From Methanobacteriota archaeon (GTDB lineage: Archaea; Thermoplasmatota; Poseidoniia; Poseidoniales; Thalassarchaeaceae): a stretch of 64,000 nucleotides of DNA. The position numbers and the translations under genes were made by a program. Under the pieces are notes generated by a model, which saw only the letters and a list, made by a program, of their open reading frames with translations, had not been told where the DNA came from and searched no databases. Location of the stretch: positions 68,359 through 132,358 of the forward strand of contig JABIGF010000028.1 in assembly GCA_018650285.1 (NCBI GenBank), written 5' to 3'. How positions within the stretch are numbered: the stretch's first letter is position 1; each line of letters begins with the position of its first letter. Positions 15,558-24,475 of this stretch are shown in pieces.

Positions 15558-15573
15558 TGACCCTTTAGGGTCA
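15558..15573 (-). terminator. Palindromic hairpin TGACCC-TTTA-GGGTCA downstream of the TSP3-repeat gene
   Basis: A perfect 6-bp stem lies 24 nt after the stop at 15597, in the 84-nt gap before the next minus-strand gene. Confidence 0.3.
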
Positions 15574-15596
15574 CCTAGGGTGGTGAAAAGTGAAAT

Positions 15597-17999
15597 TCAA
15601 CCTTGATACTTTTGCCAGTGGTTTGTTTGTCTATCTCGGTACCACCAATTGTCAGAACTTGGTGGATGCTCAAGATATTCATACCCGTCTGGTTGCATAA
15701 CCCCCACTTGTGATGGATGTGGGGCTGAAACTTCTGCAGGCGCTCTAGAAGTGGGTACTAATTCTGGCGCCCCGTGTCTTCTTGATGGCATTCCAGCGCC
15801 GGCAAATTGCATATTGCTTTCTTGCCTTTCAAAGAGGTATTCTTCTTCGCTAGGTCCATCGTTATTATTTCCGCCCCTAGACATTGTAATTAACCCGATT
15901 AAAATACCTAGAGCTGCAATTATCCCAATAATCCCCCCGATTAATGGAATTGTCCCCACTCCTCCTGATAATCCTAGGGCAGATTTTTCGCAGCCGGCTT
16001 CATCAACATCTACTCCCGATGCAGTATCAAGACAATCATCGTCATCATTTGCGATTCCATCAGCATCGTTGTCAAGTAATTCATCACAGCCATCAGCAAT
16101 TCCGTATCCATCTACATCAACGCCGTCATCATGTCCAGCACACTTGTCATCAATATCTGCTACTCCATCACCATCAGAGTCAATGAGAGTATCACATCCG
16201 TCAGCAATTCCATCTCCATCTAAATCAACGCTGTCATCATGTCCTTCACAGGTATCATTAGAGTTGGAAACTCCGTCATTATCTGAATCAATGATATCAT
16301 CACAGCCGTCAGGTTTGCCATCTGCATCAACATCAACATTGTCATCATACCCTGGGCATACTTCAAATGAATCAGCAACACCATCTGCATCTGAATCAAT
16401 AATTGTGTCACATCCATCAACGATTCCATCTTGGTCAACATCAATTGCATCATCGTAACCCATGCATTCATCTACAGCATCAGCAACACCATCAAAGTCG
16501 CTATCGACTATGTTGTCGCACCCATCTGGAACTCCATCTTGGTCAACATCAATACTATCATCATGGCCAGGACAGAGGTCAGCTGTATTGTTCACTCCAT
16601 CTCCATCATTATCAATCAGTGAATCGCATCCATCGGGAATACCATCCGCATCAGCATCAATGCTGTCATTGTATCCCGGGCATTGATCCATTGCATCCGT
16701 CACTCCATCATTGTCAGTATCTTTCTGGCTTGCGGAGCATCCTTGCCATGGTGGCTCAGTATCAGCGGTTTCGTTTGCAGGCGTTGCTGGACAATGGTCA
16801 TCTGGATTGAGGATAGTATCGCCATCTTCATCTCTTTGTTCCCAAGCACAACCATTCGCATTAATGTCGGTCATTTCTGCAGTAGTATTTGCACAGGTGT
16901 CATTAGGATTCAATACGCCATCAGAATCTGCATCTCTTTGTTCCCAAGAGCATCCATCGGAATCTAATCCGGTATGTGCTACAGGTGTGTTAGGGCATAG
17001 GTCATCTGAATCACGAACTCCATCATTATCTGCATCAACCCATACGCCATTTGAGAATTTCCAGGACATGATTGTCATATTATTTACAGAGATAGGATAT
17101 CCCCATTCACCAAGTACTACGCTTTCGTCCATATCGCCTCCCTCATTCCAATATTCAACCTCAATACCGGTAACTGAAGTTGGCCCACTTCCACTACTAT
17201 CCGCTAAATTATAGCCAGGGCTCTGAATAGTTACTTCTCTTGTAGCATTGCTGGTTTCATTTTGTTCATGGTGTTCACTATCAGCAAATGAGTTAGAAGA
17301 ATCAGGTGCCCAAATATTGCCTCCTGTATTAAATTCCCCATTTTCCTCACTCGTCCAATTATTCCATTCTTTGTAGTTTAGAGTCCAAATGTCTCCAACA
17401 GTAAAGTTGTCTTGGTAGCCAGTTTGGAGGATTTCAACAGTTTCATTCTCCCAACTGCTCATGCGATACATATCTTCATTCCCGCTTTGTTCTTTCATCC
17501 ACATCCGCGTATGAGAAATACTCACTTCTTTATGCCAGCCAGTGTAGGTGGTTGGAATTAACTCCAAATTATTCATTGACAAATTCATAATCATTTCCGA
17601 ATTATCGGTGTCATTGTATGCAGTGACATTCATTTGGAATGTCAGCCTAGTTTGATGACATTGCCCAGAATAGGCAGGGAATGAACAGTAGATATCACCG
17701 GGTAAATCAGCCCGGAAATCTGAGACCCAATTCACTTCTGCTCGGTCGATCTCACTCTCATTTTCCCAATCTGAACGCATTTCTTCAGCCATGGGAGAGC
17801 CATTGAAGGAGCCAAAATCTCCAGCAGTAAACTGCCAAACAACATATGGATTTTGAATGACAATAGGGGTTTTTCCTACCGGGTTTACTGTATTTTCATT
17901 CTCAAGTTCAACATCAATTGATTCTAGTAAAGGGCTTAGAGCAGCCAGTGGCAGCATTAGAAACAGTATTACATGACTTATTTTCATTATTATTGGCAC
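15597..17999 (-). CDS. Surface protein with thrombospondin type-3-like calcium-binding repeats, a C-terminal TM anchor and a cytoplasmic tail
   Basis: It has a signal peptide, an N-terminal Trp/Asn-rich domain of about 320 aa, and then Asp-rich D-x-D-x-D-G-x-x-D-x-x-D repeats with conserved Cys from aa 321 to 670. A TM helix follows (GGIIGIIAALGILIGLITM) and then a 94-aa tail. Confidence 0.8.
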   Translation of the reverse strand: MPIIMKISHVILFLMLPLAALSPLLESIDVELENENTVNPVGKTPIVIQNPYVVWQFTAGDFGSFNGSPMAEEMRSDWENESEIDRAEVNWVSDFRADLPGDIYCSFPAYSGQCHQTRLTFQMNVTAYNDTDNSEMIMNLSMNNLELIPTTYTGWHKEVSISHTRMWMKEQSGNEDMYRMSSWENETVEILQTGYQDNFTVGDIWTLNYKEWNNWTSEENGEFNTGGNIWAPDSSNSFADSEHHEQNETSNATREVTIQSPGYNLADSSGSGPTSVTGIEVEYWNEGGDMDESVVLGEWGYPISVNNMTIMSWKFSNGVWVDADNDGVRDSDDLCPNTPVAHTGLDSDGCSWEQRDADSDGVLNPNDTCANTTAEMTDINANGCAWEQRDEDGDTILNPDDHCPATPANETADTEPPWQGCSASQKDTDNDGVTDAMDQCPGYNDSIDADADGIPDGCDSLIDNDGDGVNNTADLCPGHDDSIDVDQDGVPDGCDNIVDSDFDGVADAVDECMGYDDAIDVDQDGIVDGCDTIIDSDADGVADSFEVCPGYDDNVDVDADGKPDGCDDIIDSDNDGVSNSNDTCEGHDDSVDLDGDGIADGCDTLIDSDGDGVADIDDKCAGHDDGVDVDGYGIADGCDELLDNDADGIANDDDDCLDTASGVDVDEAGCEKSALGLSGGVGTIPLIGGIIGIIAALGILIGLITMSRGGNNNDGPSEEEYLFERQESNMQFAGAGMPSRRHGAPELVPTSRAPAEVSAPHPSQVGVMQPDGYEYLEHPPSSDNWWYRDRQTNHWQKYQG
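15990..16724 (-). repeat. Seven tandem units of about 36 aa (108 nt) of the type D-x-(I/L)-(I/V)-D-S-D-x-D-G-V-x-(6)-C-x-G-(H/Y)-D-D-x-(I/V)-D-V-D-x-D-G-x-x-D-G-C
   Basis: The units cover aa 426-458, 459-494, 495-530, 531-566, 567-602, 603-638 and 639-670. Five are exactly 36 aa. The reverse-strand Ser/His/Ile-rich ORFs in the track are mirror artefacts of these GAT/GAC-rich repeats. Confidence 0.85.
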
Positions 18000-18078
18000 T
18001 CAGACTTCACATATCAATCCCTCGCAATGAGTGACATTGGCACATTAGGCTTGAAATGGGGGTGGTGGTCGGGCCACC

Positions 18079-19212
18079 ATGGACAGAGAGGGGGAAGACT
18101 TGCGCGTCTGCGTTATTATCCCCAGTTTACGCAATTCTGAAGAATTAGCTATTGTTTTGCAAGGGCTTTCCAATCAAACTTGGCCTAATGAAGAAGCAAG
18201 TGCATCTGGTGCGTCATTTGAGGTTGTAGTCGTAGGCCCAAGTGGAGACCCCGGTCAACTAGTTGCAGAGTCAAACGGTGCACGTTTCATTGATGATGAA
18301 GGTTCACGCACACGGGCTGATGCTTGCAATGTTGCACTACGAGAAGTAGAATGTGATTTTGTCTTCTTTACTGATGATGATGTGTGGGTTGAGCCGGATT
18401 GGGTTGAGAAATTAGTACGCTGGTTTGAGCGTGAAGAGGTGTCTGGAGTAGGCGGCCCAAATTTTGCACCCCCAGATGATAGGTCAACCTTTTGGCAGCG
18501 TGTAATTGATGTCACATTTTGTTCAAAATGGGTGACTGCGGGAACCAATTATGGCAAAAGAGGTACGGCTGACTTGGAGCCAGCAGAACAACTTCCTGGT
18601 GTCAATGCAGCATATCGAAAATCAGTACTTGATGCTGTTGAAGGTTTTGATAACGGTGCAATTGGTTGTGAAGATGCAATGTTAGATTATCGCATTGAGC
18701 AAGCAGGATACAAATTGTGGACTGACGGTTCAGCCGTCATGTGGCATCGCCGTCGTAATCCAGCCCGTGTCCGAAAGCAAATTCAGAATTATGGTCTAGT
18801 CAGAATTCTTGCAAGCGAGGTTCACCCCGGCATGAAGGCGTGGTCGCATACAGCGGTTGGGTTCTTCCCAATCCTTGCATTAATTGGTATTGGGGCCTTC
18901 GTTTGTGGTGCTATGAGTGGCGGACTTGCTTGGCCAGAATTTTGGAATATTTCTCCAGATGTCGTGCCTTTTGGTTGTCCAAGAACAGCAGTTCATTTGC
19001 CAGTAAGTTTAGGCGCTTTGTACACAATTTTATGTTGGGCTGGAGCGGCAAAAGGCAATTCACCAAGCCGAACTTTTGCAACAGTATTAGTTGCTCCTTT
19101 GATGACCTTTTTGCTCCATTGGTCTTATGGCACTGGTGTAATCAAAGCATGGTGGAGAATTTATGTTTCAAAGAAACCAGGTTTACAAGTTGATGACAAA
19201 GACCGCTCTTGA
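18079..19212 (+). CDS. Family-2 glycosyltransferase with a C-terminal multi-TM domain
   Basis: VCVIIPSLRNSEE...LSNQTWP and FVFFTDDDVWVEPDW form a GT-A fold with a DxD motif. It has about 4 C-terminal TM helices. Confidence 0.8.
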   Translation: MDREGEDLRVCVIIPSLRNSEELAIVLQGLSNQTWPNEEASASGASFEVVVVGPSGDPGQLVAESNGARFIDDEGSRTRADACNVALREVECDFVFFTDDDVWVEPDWVEKLVRWFEREEVSGVGGPNFAPPDDRSTFWQRVIDVTFCSKWVTAGTNYGKRGTADLEPAEQLPGVNAAYRKSVLDAVEGFDNGAIGCEDAMLDYRIEQAGYKLWTDGSAVMWHRRRNPARVRKQIQNYGLVRILASEVHPGMKAWSHTAVGFFPILALIGIGAFVCGAMSGGLAWPEFWNISPDVVPFGCPRTAVHLPVSLGALYTILCWAGAAKGNSPSRTFATVLVAPLMTFLLHWSYGTGVIKAWWRIYVSKKPGLQVDDKDRS

Positions 19213-19971
19213 TTAATTCCTACTTTTTTCCATTTGATTACCATCTTTAGAGACTTGATAAGAAGGCCATCGGGGCCGCCAAATAAATCCCGAAACTAGA
19301 GAAATAAAGATGCCACCAAAGGCAATATTTGCCCAGCCCTCGCTGATATAACCGGCTGATGCAAAATTGTAAGCCCAGAGAAATGCAGGAATAATTCCAA
19401 TAAAAAGAGCGAACAATAGTTCACGAATTAATAGAGGCATTTTGTTTTCATTAGGAAGTGTTGGTGGATTAGTTTGTGGTTCAGTAGCTCGAACTAAACG
19501 GGTGACTTCTTTTCCCTTTTGAGAAGGTTCCACTTCAGTAGTGTGACTAGTTTCGGGATTATTTCCATCCCATTTTATTACCAATTTGAGTTTTGCTTGA
19601 TAGGATGTTTGGCGTGGTTGCCCATCACATCTTTGCCCCCAATATCCTAAACGCGGCCTCTCATCTGCAAGTATCTCCCACTTTGCCTCCGTTTTTTCAA
19701 TCAAACCTTGAGAATGGGCAATCATCCATTCAGCCTCTGAAGGCGGCCTCAGTCCTTCTTTTTCAAATTCATTTTCTGTCAAGTTAATACTTTCAAGAAG
19801 GTTGTCAAGTGAGTATGCTTTTTTTGTAATTTCAAACTTGTATTCTGTTTGAACTTCGTGACGTGGGCTGTAATTGATGGGATGTAGTGATAGTCGCCCT
19901 TCATCACTACCTAGCCAAACTGAACTAGGCTGTACTGATAACCATTCAATAGTACTTGATTCAGCCGTCAT
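19213..19971 (-). CDS. Hypothetical membrane protein (soluble N-domain plus 2-3 C-terminal TM helices)
   Basis: The gene overlaps the upstream ABC gene by 11 nt. LRPPSEAEWMIAH faintly recalls the formylglycine-generating enzyme (FGE/SUMF1) fold, but the protein is too short for a confident call. Confidence 0.5.
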   Translation of the reverse strand: MTAESSTIEWLSVQPSSVWLGSDEGRLSLHPINYSPRHEVQTEYKFEITKKAYSLDNLLESINLTENEFEKEGLRPPSEAEWMIAHSQGLIEKTEAKWEILADERPRLGYWGQRCDGQPRQTSYQAKLKLVIKWDGNNPETSHTTEVEPSQKGKEVTRLVRATEPQTNPPTLPNENKMPLLIRELLFALFIGIIPAFLWAYNFASAGYISEGWANIAFGGIFISLVSGFIWRPRWPSYQVSKDGNQMEKSRN

Positions 19972-21847
19972 GGCGAGTCGCCTCTCCAGTTGCTTTGTCT
20001 AATTCACCTGTTTGGACAGCCCATAAATCGGCGTATACTCCATCTTGTGAAATTAGTTCATTGTGGGTACCACGCTCGACGACGACTCCTTCTACGAGAA
20101 CTAGGATGAGGTCAGCGTCCCGAATTGTTGAGAGGCGATGGGCTACTGCTACTGTCATTCTTCCATCCTTGAATTGGTTGAGATTGCGTTGGATAATCTC
20201 TTCAGTTCGGGTATCAACAGCACTTGTTGCCTCATCAAGAATCAATAGTGGCGGGCGTCGTAGAATTGCTCTTGCAAGAGAAATTCGTTGCCTTTGGCCA
20301 CCTGACAATTTGACTCCTCTGTCACCAACAATCGTATCATATCCCTCGGGAAATCCTTCAATGAAATCCTTCGCACCTGCTAATGCTGCGGCGTCTTCAA
20401 TTGATTCTTCACTTGCGCCTTGATCAGCGTAAGCGATGTTTTCTCGCACGGTACCATGGAAGAGATAGACATCTTGGGAAACATAACCAATCTGATTACG
20501 AATTGAACTGAGTTTCAAGTCATGTATGTCTGAGCCATTCATTGAGATAGTTCCTCCATCCGTCTCGTAATATCTTAACAATAGTTTGACGATGGTCGAT
20601 TTACCTGCTCCAGTAGGTCCTACAATCCCCACACTTTGATTGCGTTTGAGTGCAAAAGATACACCATTCAACACTTTGTTTCCATTAGGATAGGCAAAGT
20701 GTACCTCTTCAAAAGCGATAGCATTTGCAGGGTCTTCAAGAGATTCGACCCCCTCTTTGTCAATGATAGATGGTTCTAGGTCAACCATTGCAAACACTCT
20801 GCGGGCGCTTGCTTCAGATTTCTGAATTTGATTTACTAACATTCCAAGAATGAAGAGTGGCATAGACATCCTAGTACTCATCAATAGGAAGGTGACGAAT
20901 TGACCTGGGGAAATGCCCCCATTTTCAGCACCTTGTAGCATTAGGTAACCGCCTGCGGTAGCGAGTAGGCCAAATGCAATTCCAGCGATAACATAGATCC
21001 CTGGTAGGAATTTAGTGCGTTGAACAGTCGCTCCAATTGCGTGGTCTTTGTATGAGGATGATTCTCCACCAACACGCTCTGCTTCGTAAGTTTCAGCATT
21101 GTATGCTTGAACTACTCCCATTCCAGAAATATTGTTTGATAGAACCGCATTTATGTCGCCAAAAGATTGACGGGATTCGCGATATTTTTTCTGTACACGG
21201 GTTGAGAAAAAGTAGATGAGTGGCATAATGAAGATAATTGGAATAAACAATATTAATGCCAATTTCCATGACATCCAAGCGAGAATAATGAATCCTGTTG
21301 AGAAGGTAATGACGATACGTATCATAGATGTTGAAGCATCGGAAAGGAAATTTTCTAGTTGATTTACATCGGCAGAAAGAACCGACATGATGTCTCCTGT
21401 TTGCCTGTCTTCAAAATATCGTATTTCCATTTTAATAAGCGAATCAAATGCTGCCATTCTGATATCATGTTGTAAATATTGAGCTAGAGTTTCCCAGCAG
21501 TAGTTCGAAATTCCTTGGGCTATTGCGAGACCTGTAAAGGCTGCCAAAATTAGAATTCCATAGAAGGCAAATTCTTCTACTTCACTGATATTTCCTGCAA
21601 GGATTGAATCGGTTAGTAGTCCCATTGCAACAAATGGCAGCAAGTCAAAAGCCCGTGCCAATGCATTAGATAGAATGCCGAGGGTAAATCGCTTCCGATA
21701 GGATTTGACATAGGGCAGAATACGCCACAACTGACGTCCAAGCACCTGTTTATCGCCAGATTCGCTCGTCCCATCAGCAAAATCGACGGGGGCGCCACCC
21801 TTTGGTGCAGGCATCATCATGCTCGCCTTATGCCACCCCTCTTTCAA
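19961..21847 (-). CDS. ABC exporter, fused permease-ATPase (MsbA/MdlB-like)
   Basis: It has six N-terminal TM helices. Walker A is GPTGAGKST, the signature is LSGGQRQRISLARA, and Walker B is LLILDEATSAVD. Confidence 0.9.
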   Translation of the reverse strand: MKEGWHKASMMMPAPKGGAPVDFADGTSESGDKQVLGRQLWRILPYVKSYRKRFTLGILSNALARAFDLLPFVAMGLLTDSILAGNISEVEEFAFYGILILAAFTGLAIAQGISNYCWETLAQYLQHDIRMAAFDSLIKMEIRYFEDRQTGDIMSVLSADVNQLENFLSDASTSMIRIVITFSTGFIILAWMSWKLALILFIPIIFIMPLIYFFSTRVQKKYRESRQSFGDINAVLSNNISGMGVVQAYNAETYEAERVGGESSSYKDHAIGATVQRTKFLPGIYVIAGIAFGLLATAGGYLMLQGAENGGISPGQFVTFLLMSTRMSMPLFILGMLVNQIQKSEASARRVFAMVDLEPSIIDKEGVESLEDPANAIAFEEVHFAYPNGNKVLNGVSFALKRNQSVGIVGPTGAGKSTIVKLLLRYYETDGGTISMNGSDIHDLKLSSIRNQIGYVSQDVYLFHGTVRENIAYADQGASEESIEDAAALAGAKDFIEGFPEGYDTIVGDRGVKLSGGQRQRISLARAILRRPPLLILDEATSAVDTRTEEIIQRNLNQFKDGRMTVAVAHRLSTIRDADLILVLVEGVVVERGTHNELISQDGVYADLWAVQTGELDKATGEATRHDG

Positions 21848-21918
21848 GCCTCGGTATCAATATAGATACTATTTCAACAAGTAAGAATTTCCTTTTAGGT
21901 AATTCGTTAGGCAAAAAA

Positions 21919-22329
21919 TTAGTATTCACGCCATCCGTGACTACAGTCTTTACAAGTTAGGATGCGAGTTTCAGGTTCATCAGATGCACGTGTTTGTTTT
22001 AATTCTGCAAAGACATCAGTTGCTTCACACTTTGGACAAACATACATTTCATGGGTTAGAACTCCACGGAATTGATCAGCATCATCAATTACTTCAGTCA
22101 AATGTTTCAGGTCAGTGACTTTTGAAGAAGATACAGTATCAGTGGTATCTATTTCTTCACCGCTGTGCAATTTGACTTTTCCCTTTGTAGGGCCAATGTA
22201 GTTGCAACGACCATTTGGGCATTTGATATTCCCATCAGGGCCTGGGAAGGCAAGGGTTCCACACTCTGGACAGAAGATGATATCACTCTCCGATAGGCGT
22301 AGGGATGCACATTTGCTTTTAAGCCCCAC
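21919..22329 (-). CDS. tfs: Transcription factor S (TFS / RpoM-like, TFIIS-type zinc ribbon)
   Basis: The N-terminal zinc ribbon is CPECG...CPNGRC. The C-terminal TFIIS-type ribbon is CPKC...QTRASDEPETRILTCKDCSHGWRE, which includes the acidic DE loop. The start codon is GTG. Confidence 0.8.
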   Translation of the reverse strand: MGLKSKCASLRLSESDIIFCPECGTLAFPGPDGNIKCPNGRCNYIGPTKGKVKLHSGEEIDTTDTVSSSKVTDLKHLTEVIDDADQFRGVLTHEMYVCPKCEATDVFAELKQTRASDEPETRILTCKDCSHGWREY

Positions 22330-22354
22330 CCTTTAGAGATAAATCTCAAACGCC

Positions 22355-22362
22355 AATAAAAT
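22355..22362 (-). promoter_or_regulatory. TATA-like box (ATTTTATT) about 26-33 nt upstream of the tfs GTG, suggesting a leaderless transcript
   Basis: This is the AT-rich element at the archaeal TATA distance from the start codon. There is no SD between it and the GTG. Inference from spacing only. Confidence 0.3.
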
Positions 22363-22451
22363 AATTATTATATTGTTCAAGAGCAATTCCTTATACATAT
22401 TCATGGCTGTCAAAGGCTTCTCCTTTTCAAGTAAGACCGGTTGGGCTTGTT

Positions 22452-23450
22452 ATGCGCCTCAGTTGGGACTGGCGACTTGCACGTATCTTTGATGATGCGG
22501 GAGAAGTTGTTGATGAATCAATATGGGATGCAGGTCGTAAGGCTAGTACCGTCGCTGAACGATTATCATTACTTAGCGCAGGAAGACAAACAGATGAGGC
22601 GCGTCGACTAGGCGAGCGATTTCCTGAAGCTGTAGCAACTCCAATTCATGAGTTGCCTGATGGTTGGTGGCCAATGATGTCAGATACTGAAGCAGATTTG
22701 ATTCAAGATGCTACTTTGTTGATTGCTCAGGCCGGCGTAGCAGCGGCATCAAGTGACCCTGACCGTCGTCTTGAGCATCTTGTTGGTGCAGGCGATGAGA
22801 TACGAGCAAGTTGGACAACTATTGAGGCGAGAGTAATAGAATGGGCTGGATTATTTTTGCCAGAAATTGATTTAGATGCTCGCCGTAATGATATTCCCAA
22901 AGCGATTGCAGTAGCCGAATCATTAGATTTAGCAGCATCTTCGCTAGAGACGGCATCTAGTCCAACCGGAATTAGCGATTCTGAATGGGTAGCACTTTCA
23001 CAATGGGCTAAAGGTGTAGTTGAAATTGAAGAACGCTTGCAATTCGTTGAATCTGCTATTCGAGAGGTCGCAATAGTTCACTTGCCATCAACCTCCGCAC
23101 TAATTGGTCCGCTTCTAGCAGCTAGGATGTCAACAGCCGCTCACGGGCGAGAACGTTTGGCAAGGTTACCTTCAGGCACAGTTCAAGTTCTTGGTGCTGA
23201 AACAAGTTTCTTTCTTCATTTGAGGGATGGTATTCCCGTACCAAAACATGGCCATCTATTCCAACACCCTTGGGTTTCTCGTTCACCTCGTTGGATTCGA
23301 GGCAAAGTCGCTAGAATGTTATCCGGGAAAGTTTCTATTGCTGCACGGCTCGATGCTTATGGTGGAGACCCTTGGGGGGCCGCTGAAGTAGAACTCGTTG
23401 AGGCAAAAGTAGCAGATATTCGTAAGCGCCATCCAAAGCCACAGAGGTGA
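22452..23450 (+). CDS. Nop5 (Nop56/58) C/D-box sRNP core protein
   Basis: The Nop domain is clear: LIGPLLAARMSTAAHGRERLARLPSGTVQVLGAETSFFLHLRDGIPVPKHGHLFQHPWV...RGKVARMLSGKVSIAARLD. Confidence 0.85.
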   Translation: MRLSWDWRLARIFDDAGEVVDESIWDAGRKASTVAERLSLLSAGRQTDEARRLGERFPEAVATPIHELPDGWWPMMSDTEADLIQDATLLIAQAGVAAASSDPDRRLEHLVGAGDEIRASWTTIEARVIEWAGLFLPEIDLDARRNDIPKAIAVAESLDLAASSLETASSPTGISDSEWVALSQWAKGVVEIEERLQFVESAIREVAIVHLPSTSALIGPLLAARMSTAAHGRERLARLPSGTVQVLGAETSFFLHLRDGIPVPKHGHLFQHPWVSRSPRWIRGKVARMLSGKVSIAARLDAYGGDPWGAAEVELVEAKVADIRKRHPKPQR

Positions 23451-23454
23451 GAAT

Positions 23455-23688
23455 ATGACAAATGATTCATCAATGACCACAGAATATAGGAATCGTTTAC
23501 TTGTATTTTGGCTAGTAGCGTCATCATTTGGAATAATGTTTGCAGTTCTTTCTTGGATGCAGGAATCTGGATTGATTCCATCTGCTAGCGAAATGGGTGC
23601 GTGGAAAGGTCTTCTAGCCGTATTGACTGGATTTATTCTCTACTGGTTTGTAGCACGCAACATTCCAGGGGGCCCCGGAGATGAGTGA
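23455..23688 (+). CDS. Small hypothetical membrane protein (77 aa, 2 TM) between nop5 and flpA
   Basis: It starts 4 nt after the nop5 stop. Its stop overlaps the flpA start (ATGAGTGA). It has two clear hydrophobic helices. No recognised family. Confidence 0.5.
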   Translation: MTNDSSMTTEYRNRLLVFWLVASSFGIMFAVLSWMQESGLIPSASEMGAWKGLLAVLTGFILYWFVARNIPGGPGDE

Positions 23689-24415
23689 ACGGAGCCGCAA
23701 TAAATCGCGTGGAAAAACGACTAAATTGAGTTCAACAGTTCTTGTGAAAGGGCGTGGCCTATGGTCCAAAAACGCGGTGCCAGGTGTAAAGGTTAGAGGT
23801 GAGAACCTTAGAAAGATGGAGGGCGACGAGTGGAGAAATTGGTCGCCAAGACATTCAAAATTAGCAGCAGGTATCCTTAGAACTAAGCAAGAATCATCAC
23901 TTCTTCCTTTTCAAGGTAGTCAAGCACTTTATCTCGGTGCGGGCCATGGTACGACAATTTCTCATATCCATGACCATATGTGTGGTGTTGAAAATGAAAT
24001 GGGTGGTTCAATTGTTGCCGTCGATGTTTCACCACGATGCATTCGTGACCTCATATCATTAGCAAAAAAGCGGCCAGGTATCTTGCCGCTTTTAGCAGAT
24101 GCAAGAAAACCTGAATCTTTGCGCCCGTGGCTAAACGGTCGCGTTGATTGGCTATTTCAAGATGTATCGCAAGCAGGACAAGTTGATTTTTTCCTTGATG
24201 CTTGTGAACACTTTCTTGCTGCTGAAGGAATAGCCCTTCTTTCATTGAAGTCCGCATCAGAGAGAGCTGTTAGTGGTGGCTCTGAGGAGCATTATTCTAA
24301 CGCTGCAAAAGCTATGGAAGAAGTTGGTTTAGAGGTGCTTGAAGTCATTCGCTTGAAAGGGTGGGAAGAACAACACGCTTTGATTATAGGATGTGCTCCG
24401 CATGATTGGAAGTAA
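23681..24415 (+). CDS. flpA: Fibrillarin, rRNA/tRNA 2'-O-methyltransferase
   Basis: The SAM motif is ALYLGAGHGTTISHIHD. Other matches are WRNWSPRHSKLAAGIL, DARKPE and FQDVSQAGQV, typical of archaeal fibrillarin. Confidence 0.9.
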   Translation: MSERSRNKSRGKTTKLSSTVLVKGRGLWSKNAVPGVKVRGENLRKMEGDEWRNWSPRHSKLAAGILRTKQESSLLPFQGSQALYLGAGHGTTISHIHDHMCGVENEMGGSIVAVDVSPRCIRDLISLAKKRPGILPLLADARKPESLRPWLNGRVDWLFQDVSQAGQVDFFLDACEHFLAAEGIALLSLKSASERAVSGGSEEHYSNAAKAMEEVGLEVLEVIRLKGWEEQHALIIGCAPHDWK

Positions 24416-24475
24416 TTTTCAGATGACATAGAAGTACAGACAAACTGCTTTTTGTGATGACAAGGACGGATGAAT

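Noticed and set aside
15649-17214. A cluster of long plus-strand ORFs (269, 167, 135, 94, 80, 74 and 63 aa) rich in Ser, His, Ile and Pro, opposite the TSP3-repeat gene
   Set aside because: They are mirror images of the GAT/GAC/GGT-rich Asp/Gly repeat codons on the minus strand. They are low-complexity, overlap each other in several frames, and have no start context or recognisable motifs.
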